Assembly: GCA_965226795.1 (NCBI GenBank) | Contig: CBDDDZ010000005.1 | Coordinates: 2,240,001 to 2,304,000 of the forward strand | From: Candidatus Latescibacterota bacterium | GTDB taxonomy: Bacteria; Latescibacterota; UBA2968; GCA-2709665 | Length of the DNA stretch: 64,000 nt | Direction: 5' to 3' | Shown here: positions 10,621-20,503 of the stretch, in pieces | How the letters are laid out: each line of letters starts with the position of its first letter | Position numbering within the stretch: the first letter of the stretch is position 1 | Made by a program: the position numbers and the translations under genes | Notes under the pieces: generated by a model | What the model was told of the DNA's origin: nothing | The model's input: only the letters and a program-made list of their open reading frames with translations | Databases searched by the model: none

Positions 10621-11523
10621 TCACGCCAGATGCTCCGTCCGCAGTTGCCGCGACCACTCAAAGTATTCGCCCAGCCGCACCAACTCGAATTCATCGACAA
10701 TGTCGGCGGCGGTGCGTTCCGCAGACTCGCTGTAGATCACCGAAGTGCCCACCTCCCCGGTCGTGACAATGCGCACGGCCTCGCCGTATCGCCGATGAAT
10801 ATCGTCGAACCTGGCCCGATTCTTGTCGAGGTGCACCACTTCATAGTCCAGATTGATGCGCGCCGTGGCCCAACTCTGATAGTTATTGCTCTCTGTCAGT
10901 GTGGTCCCCTGCGGATCGATAATGGTGCAGGGGGTTCCCCTGTACACCGAGCCGACGAAAAAGGCCTGCACGTCCAGAGCCCAGAAGTTCTGCACCAGCC
11001 CGCCGTGGTACATGGAACTGAAAAGCAGCAATTTGGGCTTGAGCTTTTTGTACTGGGCCCGTAATTCCCCAAAGTTCAGATCAAAACAGATCACCCCACC
11101 CACCGGCCCGAATTCGGTGCGGATCAGGGTCGCGCCCGGACCGGGACGAGTGCCGTGGTCGAACTCCGGGTAGACCGGAATGTATTTGCGGTAGATACCG
11201 GCCAATTCCCCCCGCCGATCGAGCAGCCCGAGGACATTGAAGACCGCCCCGCTCTTGCGCTCCTTCTCATGTACCGGCACGGTGATATAGCAGCTGTACT
11301 CCCGGGCCAGGCCGGCCAGAAGCTGAGTTGTCGGCCCCTCGGGCACTTCCTCGTCGCAGTTCCGGCAGATGGTCTCGGGCAGGACGATCAGATCGGGCGT
11401 GGTGGCCCGGGCGACCTGCCCCACCAGGTCCTCCAGATCCTTGTGGGTCTGCTTCATCACCTTCTGGTCGTCTCCGCTGATCGGAGCGTAAGAAATGCTC
11501 GATACGACGATATAATTGCTCAT
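10621..11523 (-). CDS. Carbon-nitrogen hydrolase (nitrilase superfamily)
   Basis: LPE, YRK and ICFD catalytic triad motifs; start at MSNY (11523). Confidence 0.88.
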   Translation of the reverse strand: MSNYIVVSSISYAPISGDDQKVMKQTHKDLEDLVGQVARATTPDLIVLPETICRNCDEEVPEGPTTQLLAGLAREYSCYITVPVHEKERKSGAVFNVLGLLDRRGELAGIYRKYIPVYPEFDHGTRPGPGATLIRTEFGPVGGVICFDLNFGELRAQYKKLKPKLLLFSSMYHGGLVQNFWALDVQAFFVGSVYRGTPCTIIDPQGTTLTESNNYQSWATARINLDYEVVHLDKNRARFDDIHRRYGEAVRIVTTGEVGTSVIYSESAERTAADIVDEFELVRLGEYFEWSRQLRTEHLA

Positions 11524-11535
11524 GGTTTTTCCCTT

Positions 11536-11625
11536 TCGAAAGTCGATCCGTGTGGCTTTAATTCCTTGCTCCGCCAGGGCGATCGTTATCCGTCCTGCTC
11601 GACAGCCAAACTCGAGCACCCTTCC
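11536..11625 (-). pseudogene. Class I SAM methyltransferase fragment
   Basis: VLEFGCRAGRITIALAEQGIKATRID parallels VLELGCGTGRITLPLARQGVDVTGID of the gene at 31560-32345. Confidence 0.55.
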
Positions 11626-11982
11626 GCCGGAGCCTCACGTGCGCCGACCCAGACCTCGTTTCCATCCGGATCGCGAACGCGAAATTCTGTCATGTCGTAG
11701 AATGTTACACCGATGGGATTGGGGTCGAAACCTGCGGCAATTAGGCGTTCTCGTACCGTTTCAATATCGCACGTATAGTAGTAAACGACTGTGGAAGCGT
11801 TCGATTCCTTGCGTATGGATCGGTCAATCATCATCTGGCAACCATGTTCGCCTTCCAGCAAGGCAATGGCCCCACTCGTCTCTGCGGCGGACGACCTGCA
11901 GACCCAGGCCTTGCGAGTAGAAGGCGATAGCCTGATCCAATTGGGTTATCGGAACCATCGAGGTGATACGATGTATGCCCAC
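11586..11982 (-). pseudogene. VOC/glyoxalase family protein, frameshifted near 11870
   Basis: LDQAIAFYSQGLG and YDMTEFRVRDPDGNEV lie in different frames; GGGAGG RBS before GTG at 11982. Confidence 0.7.
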
Positions 11983-12084
11983 AGTCTTGCCTCCCAACTG
12001 GTCATCGAACCGCGAAAATGCAGCCCCTCCCATGTATCTTTGTGATTCTCAATTCACTGAACGAATTCAGGCATCAAGACCAGA

Positions 12085-12635
12085 TTAGCTGTGGATCCAT
12101 TTGTCGCGATTAATGAGATATACGCAGCGTTCGGGCAATACATCGGTGTTGAATTCACCCGGTGCATGGCCCGGCGGTACGCGTTCCGTCTCCACGAATC
12201 CCAGCCGGCGGAGAAGACGCACGGACCGTCATTTGCAGCAACGCATCTGGCTTCAATCTCGTCTAGATCCAAATCCGAAAATCCGAAATCAAGCATCGCT
12301 CGAACAGCCTCAGTTGCAAAACCGTTCCCCCAGTGAGCGGGAGACAGTTCATAGCCAATGTCACCTCGCCGGCTACCGGGATTGTCTGTCCGCACCCCGC
12401 AGTCCCCCAGTAATGCTCCGCTCGAACGGTCTGTAATCGCCAACTGGAATTTGCATCTCGGCCTTTCCTGTGACCATCCGATGCATATGTCGACAAAGCA
12501 TTCACACTCCTCCCGACTATAGGCCGGCCGGTAGTAGAATTCCAGGTATCTCGGATCCTCCCTGAATTCCGCAATGGCGTCCACGTCCTGTTCGGTAAAC
12601 TCCCGCAGGCGCAGCCGTTCAGTCAGTTTTTCCAT
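12085..12635 (-). pseudogene. GNAT (RimJ/RimL-like), frameshifted near 12228
   Basis: TERLRLREF and HWGNGFATEA; the expected SVRLLRRLGF continues in another frame to TAA at 12085. Confidence 0.75.
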
Positions 12636-12767
12636 CCCAGAGGACCCGTTTGTAATTTTCTGCTAACGGGAGTCCGGCTTGGGACCCCGCGAATTCGGAG
12701 CAGCGAATGCCAGGAGGCCACGGAACGCCGAAATGGAAAGGCGAAGTCGCTCTTCGAGGAGATCAAA

Positions 12768-13295
12768 TCAACGAGCAGTCTGATAAGAATAATCGACACC
12801 CGCGTCAGAGAAAATCCTGGATAGTTCGGGCACAGAGTCGACCGGGATGAGTAGGATGCACCATCTCCGCAAGATCTCAGGCATCCCATATGATTCCGAA
12901 CCGATGGCTTCGACCGGTTCTCTCGAGATGTACTCGTTGCTGGGCGTCTTCGTGAAATGGCGATCCTCGAAAACATAGACATTGGCCTCGAACTCCATTA
13001 TCCGCCTCTCATCCTCCGTATTTACAAAGATGTAACATTTCTTGTCCGGATCGGTCTCTATTACGAGACACAAGAGCTTGCGCCTGGATGCTTCAGAGTT
13101 TCTGACCCTTATTCGATGTATTCTTGGGAACAGGTGAATTGAAATCTCTTCGAAACCGCCGGCATAGAGCAGGCAGTCCGGGATGTAGCCTGGTTTGGCC
13201 CGGGTACTGCTGCTCCGGAAATCACTGGTACGGTAGAATTTCGTTGGATTGAACACCATGCTCTTGCGGGGAGCAGTTACTTTGTATAGGAGCAT
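12768..13295 (-). CDS. Hypothetical protein
   Basis: 175-aa ORF co-oriented with neighbours; no motif recognised with confidence. Confidence 0.6.
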   Translation of the reverse strand: MLLYKVTAPRKSMVFNPTKFYRTSDFRSSSTRAKPGYIPDCLLYAGGFEEISIHLFPRIHRIRVRNSEASRRKLLCLVIETDPDKKCYIFVNTEDERRIMEFEANVYVFEDRHFTKTPSNEYISREPVEAIGSESYGMPEILRRWCILLIPVDSVPELSRIFSDAGVDYSYQTAR

Positions 13296-13764
13296 TGTAT
13301 CGACACCGATCTTGCAGCAGAATCAAGCCTAAGGCGATCTCGTACGTCCAACAGGGATACGCCGATACATTCCATTATTTCATATATTTGCCGAGCCTGG
13401 AATTTAGCCTGTACTCCTGGAAATGCGTATGATACAAGGTTCAGCAGGCAAGACAAGTGTTCAGAGCCTGGTGTTTCAACGGAGATTGAGTTCGTTATCA
13501 CGTTCCATTGTAGAGTGTTTCACCAATATCTCCGGACAATCCACCATCGACTTTGGCGAATCGATGGCGTCCCGTCTCAGCGCCGATCCACGGAAAGATC
13601 AGCTACAATCCATTCCTATTAGGAATATAAATTAGCGCCGTCAGCAGAATCCTGAATCGTTCGGGCATTCAGCGGACGCACGCCCGTGGCTGCGGCCAAA
13701 TGTGTCGCGTAGAGTGCAGGCCCGTGTCAGTTTCGTGTTTATTCTCCCGGTTTGCATGGGTGCT

Positions 13765-13828
13765 CCTATAGAATAGCCCGGGAGCCACGCCGCGCGTGCG
13801 GCACAGCGCATTGCGGCGGTGTTATACG
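13765..13828 (-). other. Degenerate attC-like hairpin
   Basis: Minus-strand GTATAAC about 19 nt after the GNAT stop, with a central GC palindrome; distal box eroded. Confidence 0.35.
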
Positions 13829-13845
13829 CTGGAAGATACAGAAAC

Positions 13846-14319
13846 CTACCGGTTCAGCTCATCCTTCAATTCCATTCGTACAAATTCGAACTCGCCTCCG
13901 TTTGTCCGATTCATGTAGTGTTCGACTTCTTTGAAACCAACTCGTTGATATACCTTGATTGCCCGTTTGTTGAAAGCCGCAACCCGAAGCTGGATGGCTT
14001 TGGGAGAGAATCGAGATTGCGCGAAATCCAGGCCTGCGCGAACAAACGCCGCCCCTAAACCCTTCCCCGTCAGGTCGGGACGAAGTCCCAGACCGAAATC
14101 CACCACGGCGTCCGTGTTCTGGAACGCAAAGAACCCCACCAATTCGCCTGCGCTATCCCGAACAGCGAACATGGAGTCACCCCGGAGCGCGGGATCGAGA
14201 AGCTCCGCCAGATCTTCGGGATCCGCTTCAGGATCATAAAAGGCGTATTCGCCGTCGTAGTGCCAGGTAGCGATTCTCTCAGCAACAGATTGTTCCAATG
14301 GCTCAATATCGAATCGCAT
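13846..14319 (-). CDS. GNAT N-acetyltransferase
   Basis: GLGLRPDLTGKGLG and NKRAIKVYQRVGF; GTTAGCA about 20 nt upstream. Confidence 0.92.
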   Translation of the reverse strand: MRFDIEPLEQSVAERIATWHYDGEYAFYDPEADPEDLAELLDPALRGDSMFAVRDSAGELVGFFAFQNTDAVVDFGLGLRPDLTGKGLGAAFVRAGLDFAQSRFSPKAIQLRVAAFNKRAIKVYQRVGFKEVEHYMNRTNGGEFEFVRMELKDELNR

Positions 14320-14358
14320 CTGATGATATCCGATGCTAACTGCGGATGGCAGTCAAGC

Positions 14359-14721
14359 CTACTTGGGGGTAGGGCTCGTGAAGGTCAGCTTATTCTCAAA
14401 TGGATCCATAAGCCTTAGCTCCGTAAAGCCCCATGCCTGGTCTATGGGCTCTTCCGTCATGTCGCTCTTTTTACCCTTTAGCTCTTCGAAGATATCGAGG
14501 ACGTTTTCGACTTGGAGCAGGGCTGCGCCAGGGCGGCCTGCCGGTTCGCCGAGATGCTCCGATAGATGAAGTGCAAGGCCGCCTCGCGTAACGCCCATAT
14601 AGACGGGGAAATCCACAGCGTGACGCCACTCAAAGTCGATTTTGAACCCCAAAAACCCGATATAATAGCTCTTTGCCACTTCATAATCGTCAATCCGGAG
14701 GATGGGGTAAGCGCGTTCCAT
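14359..14721 (-). CDS. Glyoxalase/bleomycin resistance superfamily protein
   Basis: PILRI...YYIGFLGF...LHLSEH...WGFTELRLMDPFENKL. Confidence 0.88.
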   Translation of the reverse strand: MERAYPILRIDDYEVAKSYYIGFLGFKIDFEWRHAVDFPVYMGVTRGGLALHLSEHLGEPAGRPGAALLQVENVLDIFEELKGKKSDMTEEPIDQAWGFTELRLMDPFENKLTFTSPTPK

Positions 14722-14767
14722 GACTATTTTTCTCCTCCTCTGAGGTGTAGATTTTCTTCGATTGACG

Positions 14768-16189
14768 TCAGTTCTGAGGATCGGGATGGACGTCGGAGGC
14801 CAACTCGCGCAACACGTCGACCGCCAGGAGCACGTCCTCCCTACGACAGTCGAACTGCCCGACCTGGAAGCGGATGACGAACTGCCCCTCGTGGATCGTA
14901 TGCGTCAGGTAGATCCGGCCATCGTCGTTCACCGAACGGAGCAGACGTTCGGTGGCTTCGCTGGCACTTTCGCCGACGGGGGCGTACTGGAAGGTGAAGA
15001 GCGACAGTCGACACTCCGTCGTCAGGCGGAATCCGTCCAGCGATGCGATTGCGGCGGCCGCCTCCTCGGCCCACGAGATATGGTCCCGGATGCGTTGGCG
15101 GAGGTCTTCGAGACCGTGAGCGCGGAGCAGAAACCAGAGCTTGAGGGCCCGGAACCTGCGCCCCAGGGGGATCGTCCACTCGCTATAGTTGGTAATCTCG
15201 GACTGGCCGAGTGTCTGGAGATAGTCCGGCCGAATGCCCAGGGTGCGGACCTGCGGTTCCGGGTCCGCGAGAAACTGGATCGAGCAGTCGAACTGAGCGC
15301 CGAGCCACTTGTGGGGATTGAAAACGATGCTGTCTGCGTTCTCGATCCCCGTCCACACCCCCCGTAGCTCGGGGCAGATCATCGCGGAACCGGCCCACGC
15401 CGCGTCGACGTGGACGTAGAGATCATACGCTCGCGCGACTTCGATGGCCTCGTGCAACCGGTCTGATGCGCCGATCGACGTGCCCCCGACACACAGTACC
15501 ACGCCGGCCGGGAGGAATCCCGCCGCGCGATCATCATCGATCGCTACGCGAAGCGCCTCCGGGTCGAGCGCGCCTGAACCGTCGGTCGGGACCTTGACGA
15601 GATTCCGCTGGCCGATCCCGGCGATCCGTACCGCCTTGTCGATGGACGAGTGGGTCTCCAGCGAGGCGTAGATCCTGAGTTGTTGCTCCCCCGCCATTCC
15701 GGAATCGGTTCCTCGCCAGCCGAGCGCGTGCTCCCGCATTGTCAGAACGGCGCAGAGATTCGCCGTCGTTGCCGTGTCCTGGATCACCCCCTGGAACCCT
15801 TCCGGCAGTCCGAGCGCCTGGCGCATCCAGTCGACCATGCGCGTCTCGATCTCCGTCGCCGCGGGCGAGGTCTGCCAGAGCATGCATTGGGCCGCCATGA
15901 CTGCCGTCAGGTTCTCGGCGACCATCGAAACCGGTGCGGCGCTGGCGGGGAAGTAGGCGAAAAAGCGCCGGTGTTGCCAGTGGGTCATGCCGTCCGGCAC
16001 GATGCGCTCGAAGTCGGCGAAGATCGTCTCCATGTCCACCGGCGCTTCAGGCGGCGCCGCGGGCAGCATCGCGGCGATCTCGCCGGGTCGGGTCTGCGCC
16101 CGGACCGGCCGCTCCTCCAACGTAGACAGATAGTCCGCGCCCCACCTTGCGGCACGTTCGGCCCATCGAAAATAATCTTCTCTTTTCAT
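14768..16189 (-). CDS. Group II PLP-dependent decarboxylase (aromatic-L-amino-acid decarboxylase-like)
   Basis: THWQH, SPAATEIE, HVDAAWAG, NPHKW and LGRRFRALKLW motifs; start at MKRED (16189). Confidence 0.92.
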   Translation of the reverse strand: MKREDYFRWAERAARWGADYLSTLEERPVRAQTRPGEIAAMLPAAPPEAPVDMETIFADFERIVPDGMTHWQHRRFFAYFPASAAPVSMVAENLTAVMAAQCMLWQTSPAATEIETRMVDWMRQALGLPEGFQGVIQDTATTANLCAVLTMREHALGWRGTDSGMAGEQQLRIYASLETHSSIDKAVRIAGIGQRNLVKVPTDGSGALDPEALRVAIDDDRAAGFLPAGVVLCVGGTSIGASDRLHEAIEVARAYDLYVHVDAAWAGSAMICPELRGVWTGIENADSIVFNPHKWLGAQFDCSIQFLADPEPQVRTLGIRPDYLQTLGQSEITNYSEWTIPLGRRFRALKLWFLLRAHGLEDLRQRIRDHISWAEEAAAAIASLDGFRLTTECRLSLFTFQYAPVGESASEATERLLRSVNDDGRIYLTHTIHEGQFVIRFQVGQFDCRREDVLLAVDVLRELASDVHPDPQN

Positions 16190-16511
16190 AAGACGGCGGG
16201 TACACCTCGCAATGTCGTCGTTGGGGAAGTTGTGTCCTTGTTTTCCGCTCTTCCAATATAACAAAATCGCTTCAAAACCACTATTCTTCGTAATTCCAAT
16301 TGCGGAAACGGACTTACAACGGGCAGATGTGCAAAATATGGGGTCCTGCGGGCATTGTTTGGACTGTCCTGTAGCGGACATGGTATAGAACTTGAAACAG
16401 GGACCGGGATTGTATAGCTTGATACCAGACCGGTTTCGCTCCGTCGCAGCGCCCGGGCCTGCTAAGCATTAGGTTGAAGTTCCACCTCCCCCCGACGTCC
16501 CCTATTCCCTT

Positions 16512-16713
16512 GTCCTTTTTCTTATTCGCGTAAGAAAAAGGACCAAAAAGAACCGCGCCTGCCTGCCGAGCACGACTCGGCGCAGGCAGGCCGCTCGGCG
16601 CGGAGCCGGTTTTTCCGTGAATCTCGTCAGGGGCACAAATGGAAATTGGTTGCCCTGCGACCGCTGCGGGAACTACCTACCTACGGAGATGTACGGAATG
16701 ACACGGAAAAACC
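16512..16713. repeat. Highly structured intergenic element (nested hairpins)
   Basis: Perfect 13-bp stem 16512-16543, GCCTGCCTGC hairpin 16557-16591 and 12-bp long-range stem 16608-16619/16702-16713. Confidence 0.55.
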
Positions 16714-17256
16714 CCCAACACCCGGACTGTTCACGTGAGGGGTGAACCGCTCCTGTAAACAAAGTTATGTGCTTTCTCGTACCGTGATATTGCTGTTCGG
16801 ATCAGCGCGGAGAACCAACCTCAACCCGCGCAGCGGGTGACCTGTTGTTCCGAGGGTTTATGCGGAACAACCAGGGACGCCGGGTTCTGGCGTTCGAGGC
16901 TGATGGTGAGCGGCGCGAATTCTGCCGCGAACAAACCCACCTCTCCGCCACCGGCCGCCCGAGGGAAGAATTGCAATACGATGGTGATGCTGGACCTTAT
17001 AACGCGGAGAAACAACCTCCGCCCGCGTCCTGGTGTTTTCATCTCCCATTGAAGTCGTCGGACCGTGTCGCTAACCGGTGTCGGCTGAATACTGGCACGT
17101 AGCTGCCGATCGCAAGTTTTGATGTTTTGGCAAAAAACGACTGAGCTATATTGCCACCGCTATCGAAAAATTGCCACCGGTAAGCATAGCCCATAGAACA
17201 GAGATTACAGTCGCCGACTTCGTACAAGGACCCCCAATTATCGAGAGAAACTACCA

Positions 17257-18530
17257 ATGGATACACTTCCAATGCCTTCCCGTCCCGACCTTGCACAATA
17301 TGTGAAACGCTCCGAGGATCTTGTCAACTCGGCGCAGTCCGAAAATACCAGCGCGCTAAAGGAGTTCTGCAACGATTGGCTTGAGAAGATTGTCCGTATC
17401 TCCGGACCCGACCTGACGGATTTTATACAGGGCAGCTATCAGCGCGCCATCGGCGAAGTTGAAAAAGGCGCACGTGAAATGAAGGAGAAGGCGGGAAAGG
17501 GTGGCCGGGAATTCGGGCTTGCCGACGCGCAATTTCTCATTGCGCGGGCCCACAGTTTCGAGAGTTGGAACGCGTTTGCCGTCCACGTCGACCTTGCCTC
17601 GCGCGAGACTCCCGATGGGGCTGAGTTCGAGGTCACGGCCGATGCCGTGGCTGACGGGGATCTCCCGCAACTCGAGTCGCTGCTGCGCCGGAATCCGGCG
17701 TTGGCGCATGCCCGCTCCAATCGTGAACATCGGGCGACGCTGCTATATTACCTCGCCGCCAACGGCGTGGAGGACTTTCGCCAGCGGTCTCCCGCCAATG
17801 CGCCGGAGATCGCGCGGCTGCTGCTGGACGCCGGCGCCGAGGTGGATGCCCTGTGCGGGCCGGGTGAATCGGGAGACACGCCCATGTTGGCGCTGGTGAC
17901 GAGCGTTCATCCACACTATCGCGGCGTCGCGACCGAACTGATCGAGATATTCGTCAAGGCGGGTTCCAAAGTGGACGGGGTCAACGGGGACGGCGCGCCG
18001 GTACGCCTGGCCCTCAAGTTCGGATATCCCGAATCGGAAGCCGCCCTGGTGCGTCTCGGCGCAGAGGTTAAGACCGTCGCGATGGCCGCCGGTCTGGGCA
18101 GGCTGGAGCTGACGAGGGAATTCGTTGAAGAACGCGGCGTATCTGAGGCGGAGCAGGCAGCCTCGTTTGAAGATGCCTGTCGGTTCGGACGGACGGATAC
18201 CGCCGAATACCTTCTGGCAAAGGGCGCCGACGTGGACGGACAGGGCACGTGGAAGATGACAGGCCTGATGTGGGCAGCTTCCAAGGTCATATCGACACCA
18301 TGGCCATGATCCTCGGTCACGGTCCCTCGCTCGAATTGAGGAACGAGTTCGGAGGAACCGCGATGGGAACGGCCCTGCATTTCGCGATCAATTCGCCGAA
18401 CCCGGGGGCCGACCATTCGGCTGTGATCGACCTGCTCCTGAAGGCGGGAGTGAAGTTCGAGGGACCCAGGAAAGGAACCGGTGTCGCGAATCTGGACACC
18501 GTGCTTCGCAGGCACGGTCGGATTGACTAG
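17257..18530 (+). pseudogene. Ankyrin repeat protein, frameshifted near 18279
   Basis: Multiple ankyrin repeats (TLLYY, TPMLAL, TGLMWAA, TAMGTA); adding one T gives MWAAFQGHIDT and joins both ORFs. Confidence 0.8.
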
Positions 18531-18640
18531 ACCCGCAATCCGTCCACAGGCATCATCGGAAGAAAATCAAGGCGCGGCCAGGACGGCTGCGCTTTTCTGT
18601 TGGTGAACGCGAATGGCATTGCCACGTAATGTTTGCCGAT

Positions 18641-18749
18641 CTGAGAACCTCGAGCTCGGCCGCTGAGCCTGAACCCTGAGCCAGTTGCCCCTAAGGCCTG
18701 ACCTGAGCCGCCCCCTGAGCCTGTCGAAGGGTCGGCGAAGGGTGTTGAA
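18641..18749 (+). repeat. Composite REP-like element
   Basis: CTGAGAACCTCGAGCTCGGCCGCTGAGCCTG...CCTGAGCCTGTCGAAGGGTCGGCGAAGGG, similar to 34015-34086, 34710-34807 and 57672-57712. Confidence 0.75.
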
Positions 18750-19119
18750 GCGCGGCGAGCGGTTGCCGAATACCAGAGCACCAACGGCCCGCAGCGAAAT
18801 CCGCTCTGTCAAGGGACAGTTTACTCTTTCTGTGTGATTCCATTGCCTCCAAAAGCAAGTCGATCTTGTCGTCATAGTTGGCGACAAGCTTTGGAAGCGC
18901 CCGGAAATCGGCCAAGAAAAAATCGAAACGATCGAACAAAGATCCGTCCTCACCGGCTTCGCCATGACGCCAGATTTCTTCATCGGACGCCTCCACAGAC
19001 AGATGAAAGAACCAGCAGTCCTGTAGCTCATCGGTACCGCAATACCACATATCACGGGTATCCTGGTCCAGGAACCGCTCATAGGTACGAGAAATAGGAA
19101 TCGTGCCTCCCGGTTCCAT
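18691..19119 (-). CDS. Hypothetical protein whose 3' end runs into a REP-like repeat
   Basis: AAGGAG RBS; the last ~25 codons derive from the repeat. Confidence 0.45.
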   Translation of the reverse strand: MEPGGTIPISRTYERFLDQDTRDMWYCGTDELQDCWFFHLSVEASDEEIWRHGEAGEDGSLFDRFDFFLADFRALPKLVANYDDKIDLLLEAMESHRKSKLSLDRADFAAGRWCSGIRQPLAALQHPSPTLRQAQGAAQVRP

Positions 19120-19533
19120 TTTGTCTCCTTATCGTGCGTCATTCACTTCCATATTTTCCATTTTCACTTTGCAGTTGAATCGAACCGTCTCCCGCCAACG
19201 ACCCGACGGTATGGGTGCAAACGGCGGTTCAGACGGTCAACTTCGCAGCCTCCGACATCGCGTCGTCCGGAAGCAACTACATCAATTTCATCCTGGCCCT
19301 GACCCGTCCGGCGACACCTGAACCCACGGCGACGCCCGGCGTTCATTCCGTGGTCGTCGAGCCTCAATGGTATTACCCGGAGTTTGCACTGCATGCGACG
19401 GACGCGTGCAAGGACGAACCCATGCGCTCTGCGGATGAGGACGGTTGGGGCTATGACCTGGAAAACCGGACATCGTACGAGTACTCTCTTACCGTGAGTT
19501 CCCGTCGCCTTCCTGACTTTGCGAACGACATGC

Positions 19534-19562
19534 TTGACAATTCGCACATAATGCTTTATGCT
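19534..19562 (+). promoter_or_regulatory. Sigma70-type promoter for the four-gene operon
   Basis: TTGACA (19534-19539), 17 bp, TATGCT (19557-19562), 140 nt upstream of ATG 19703. Confidence 0.7.
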
Positions 19563-19702
19563 GAATTAACCACGCCACCACAGGGCTAAATTGGCTATTT
19601 TGATGACGAGGAACAGTGAGATGTTCCGGTCATGGCTGTGTTTACGCCACCGATTGATCATGTCGCTGGTTCGGCAGGTCTTTCAAACCCAGGAAACACG
19701 AT

Positions 19703-20503
19703 ATGGACAGTATCGAACAAGCATTTGACAACTCCGAAAATGCAGCGAAATCAGCCCTCCAATCCGCTACCAACCTGGTGAAGTTGTCCAGACGTCTGCA
19801 AAAGGCGGCCAAAGAGGGTAACATCGCTGTAATCAAGAAGTCCCGAGGCGGATTTAACGACGCCCTGGAGAACCTGACGCAGGTGGTGGCAGACGCTGTC
19901 CAATCCTGGCCCTATGGAGATGAAGAAGTGGAAGAATACCTCAAGGGTGGCTATACTGAGGAACTGCGTCGTGCCGCCTCGGAAATGGGCCTGGAAATCC
20001 ATGAACGGGACAAGCAGTTGATCTCACACCCGTCCACCTTGCGAATTTTAACCGAGGATGAGGCGGTCCGAATCGACAACAAGAAGATCTCGACCATTAA
20101 GCCGTCCTACCTGGTCGATCTGCTGATCGCGAATCAGAGGAAGCGCAGCCGCTTCTCGGCTAAACGCTTTCTGGAGGCCCTGTACAAAGTGTACTCGGAG
20201 CTTGTGAATGAAGATTCTTCGGACGGACTCATGACGGGCGGCTCCGGGCGCGTGGTACTTTTGGCCAGAATCTACAGGTTGTTCACGTCTCTGCCGGGCA
20301 GTGGACGAGATTATGCTCAAATTGACTTTGCCCGTGATCTTTACCAGTTGGAAACAAGCGGAGTCTCTAAGACGACGTCAGGCGCCAGTATATTCTTCCA
20401 CGCATCCACGGGAACCCGGGGCGCCAGAAACGTCTTCACCTTTGTCGGGCCGCACGGCCAGGACATCAAGTACTACGGCATTCGATTTACAAGGGATGAC
20501 TGA
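19703..20503 (+). CDS. Hypothetical protein, gene 1 of candidate defence operon (helical N-terminus, possible winged-helix C-terminus)
   Basis: 266-aa ORF with AGGA RBS; stop overlaps the next start (TGATG). Confidence 0.75.
   Translation: MDSIEQAFDNSENAAKSALQSATNLVKLSRRLQKAAKEGNIAVIKKSRGGFNDALENLTQVVADAVQSWPYGDEEVEEYLKGGYTEELRRAASEMGLEIHERDKQLISHPSTLRILTEDEAVRIDNKKISTIKPSYLVDLLIANQRKRSRFSAKRFLEALYKVYSELVNEDSSDGLMTGGSGRVVLLARIYRLFTSLPGSGRDYAQIDFARDLYQLETSGVSKTTSGASIFFHASTGTRGARNVFTFVGPHGQDIKYYGIRFTRDD

Noticed and set aside
19215..19589. 124-aa + strand ORF as a fifth operon gene
   Set aside because: It has no clear RBS, looks like a fragment with a PTATP linker, and the operon promoter lies inside its 3' end.
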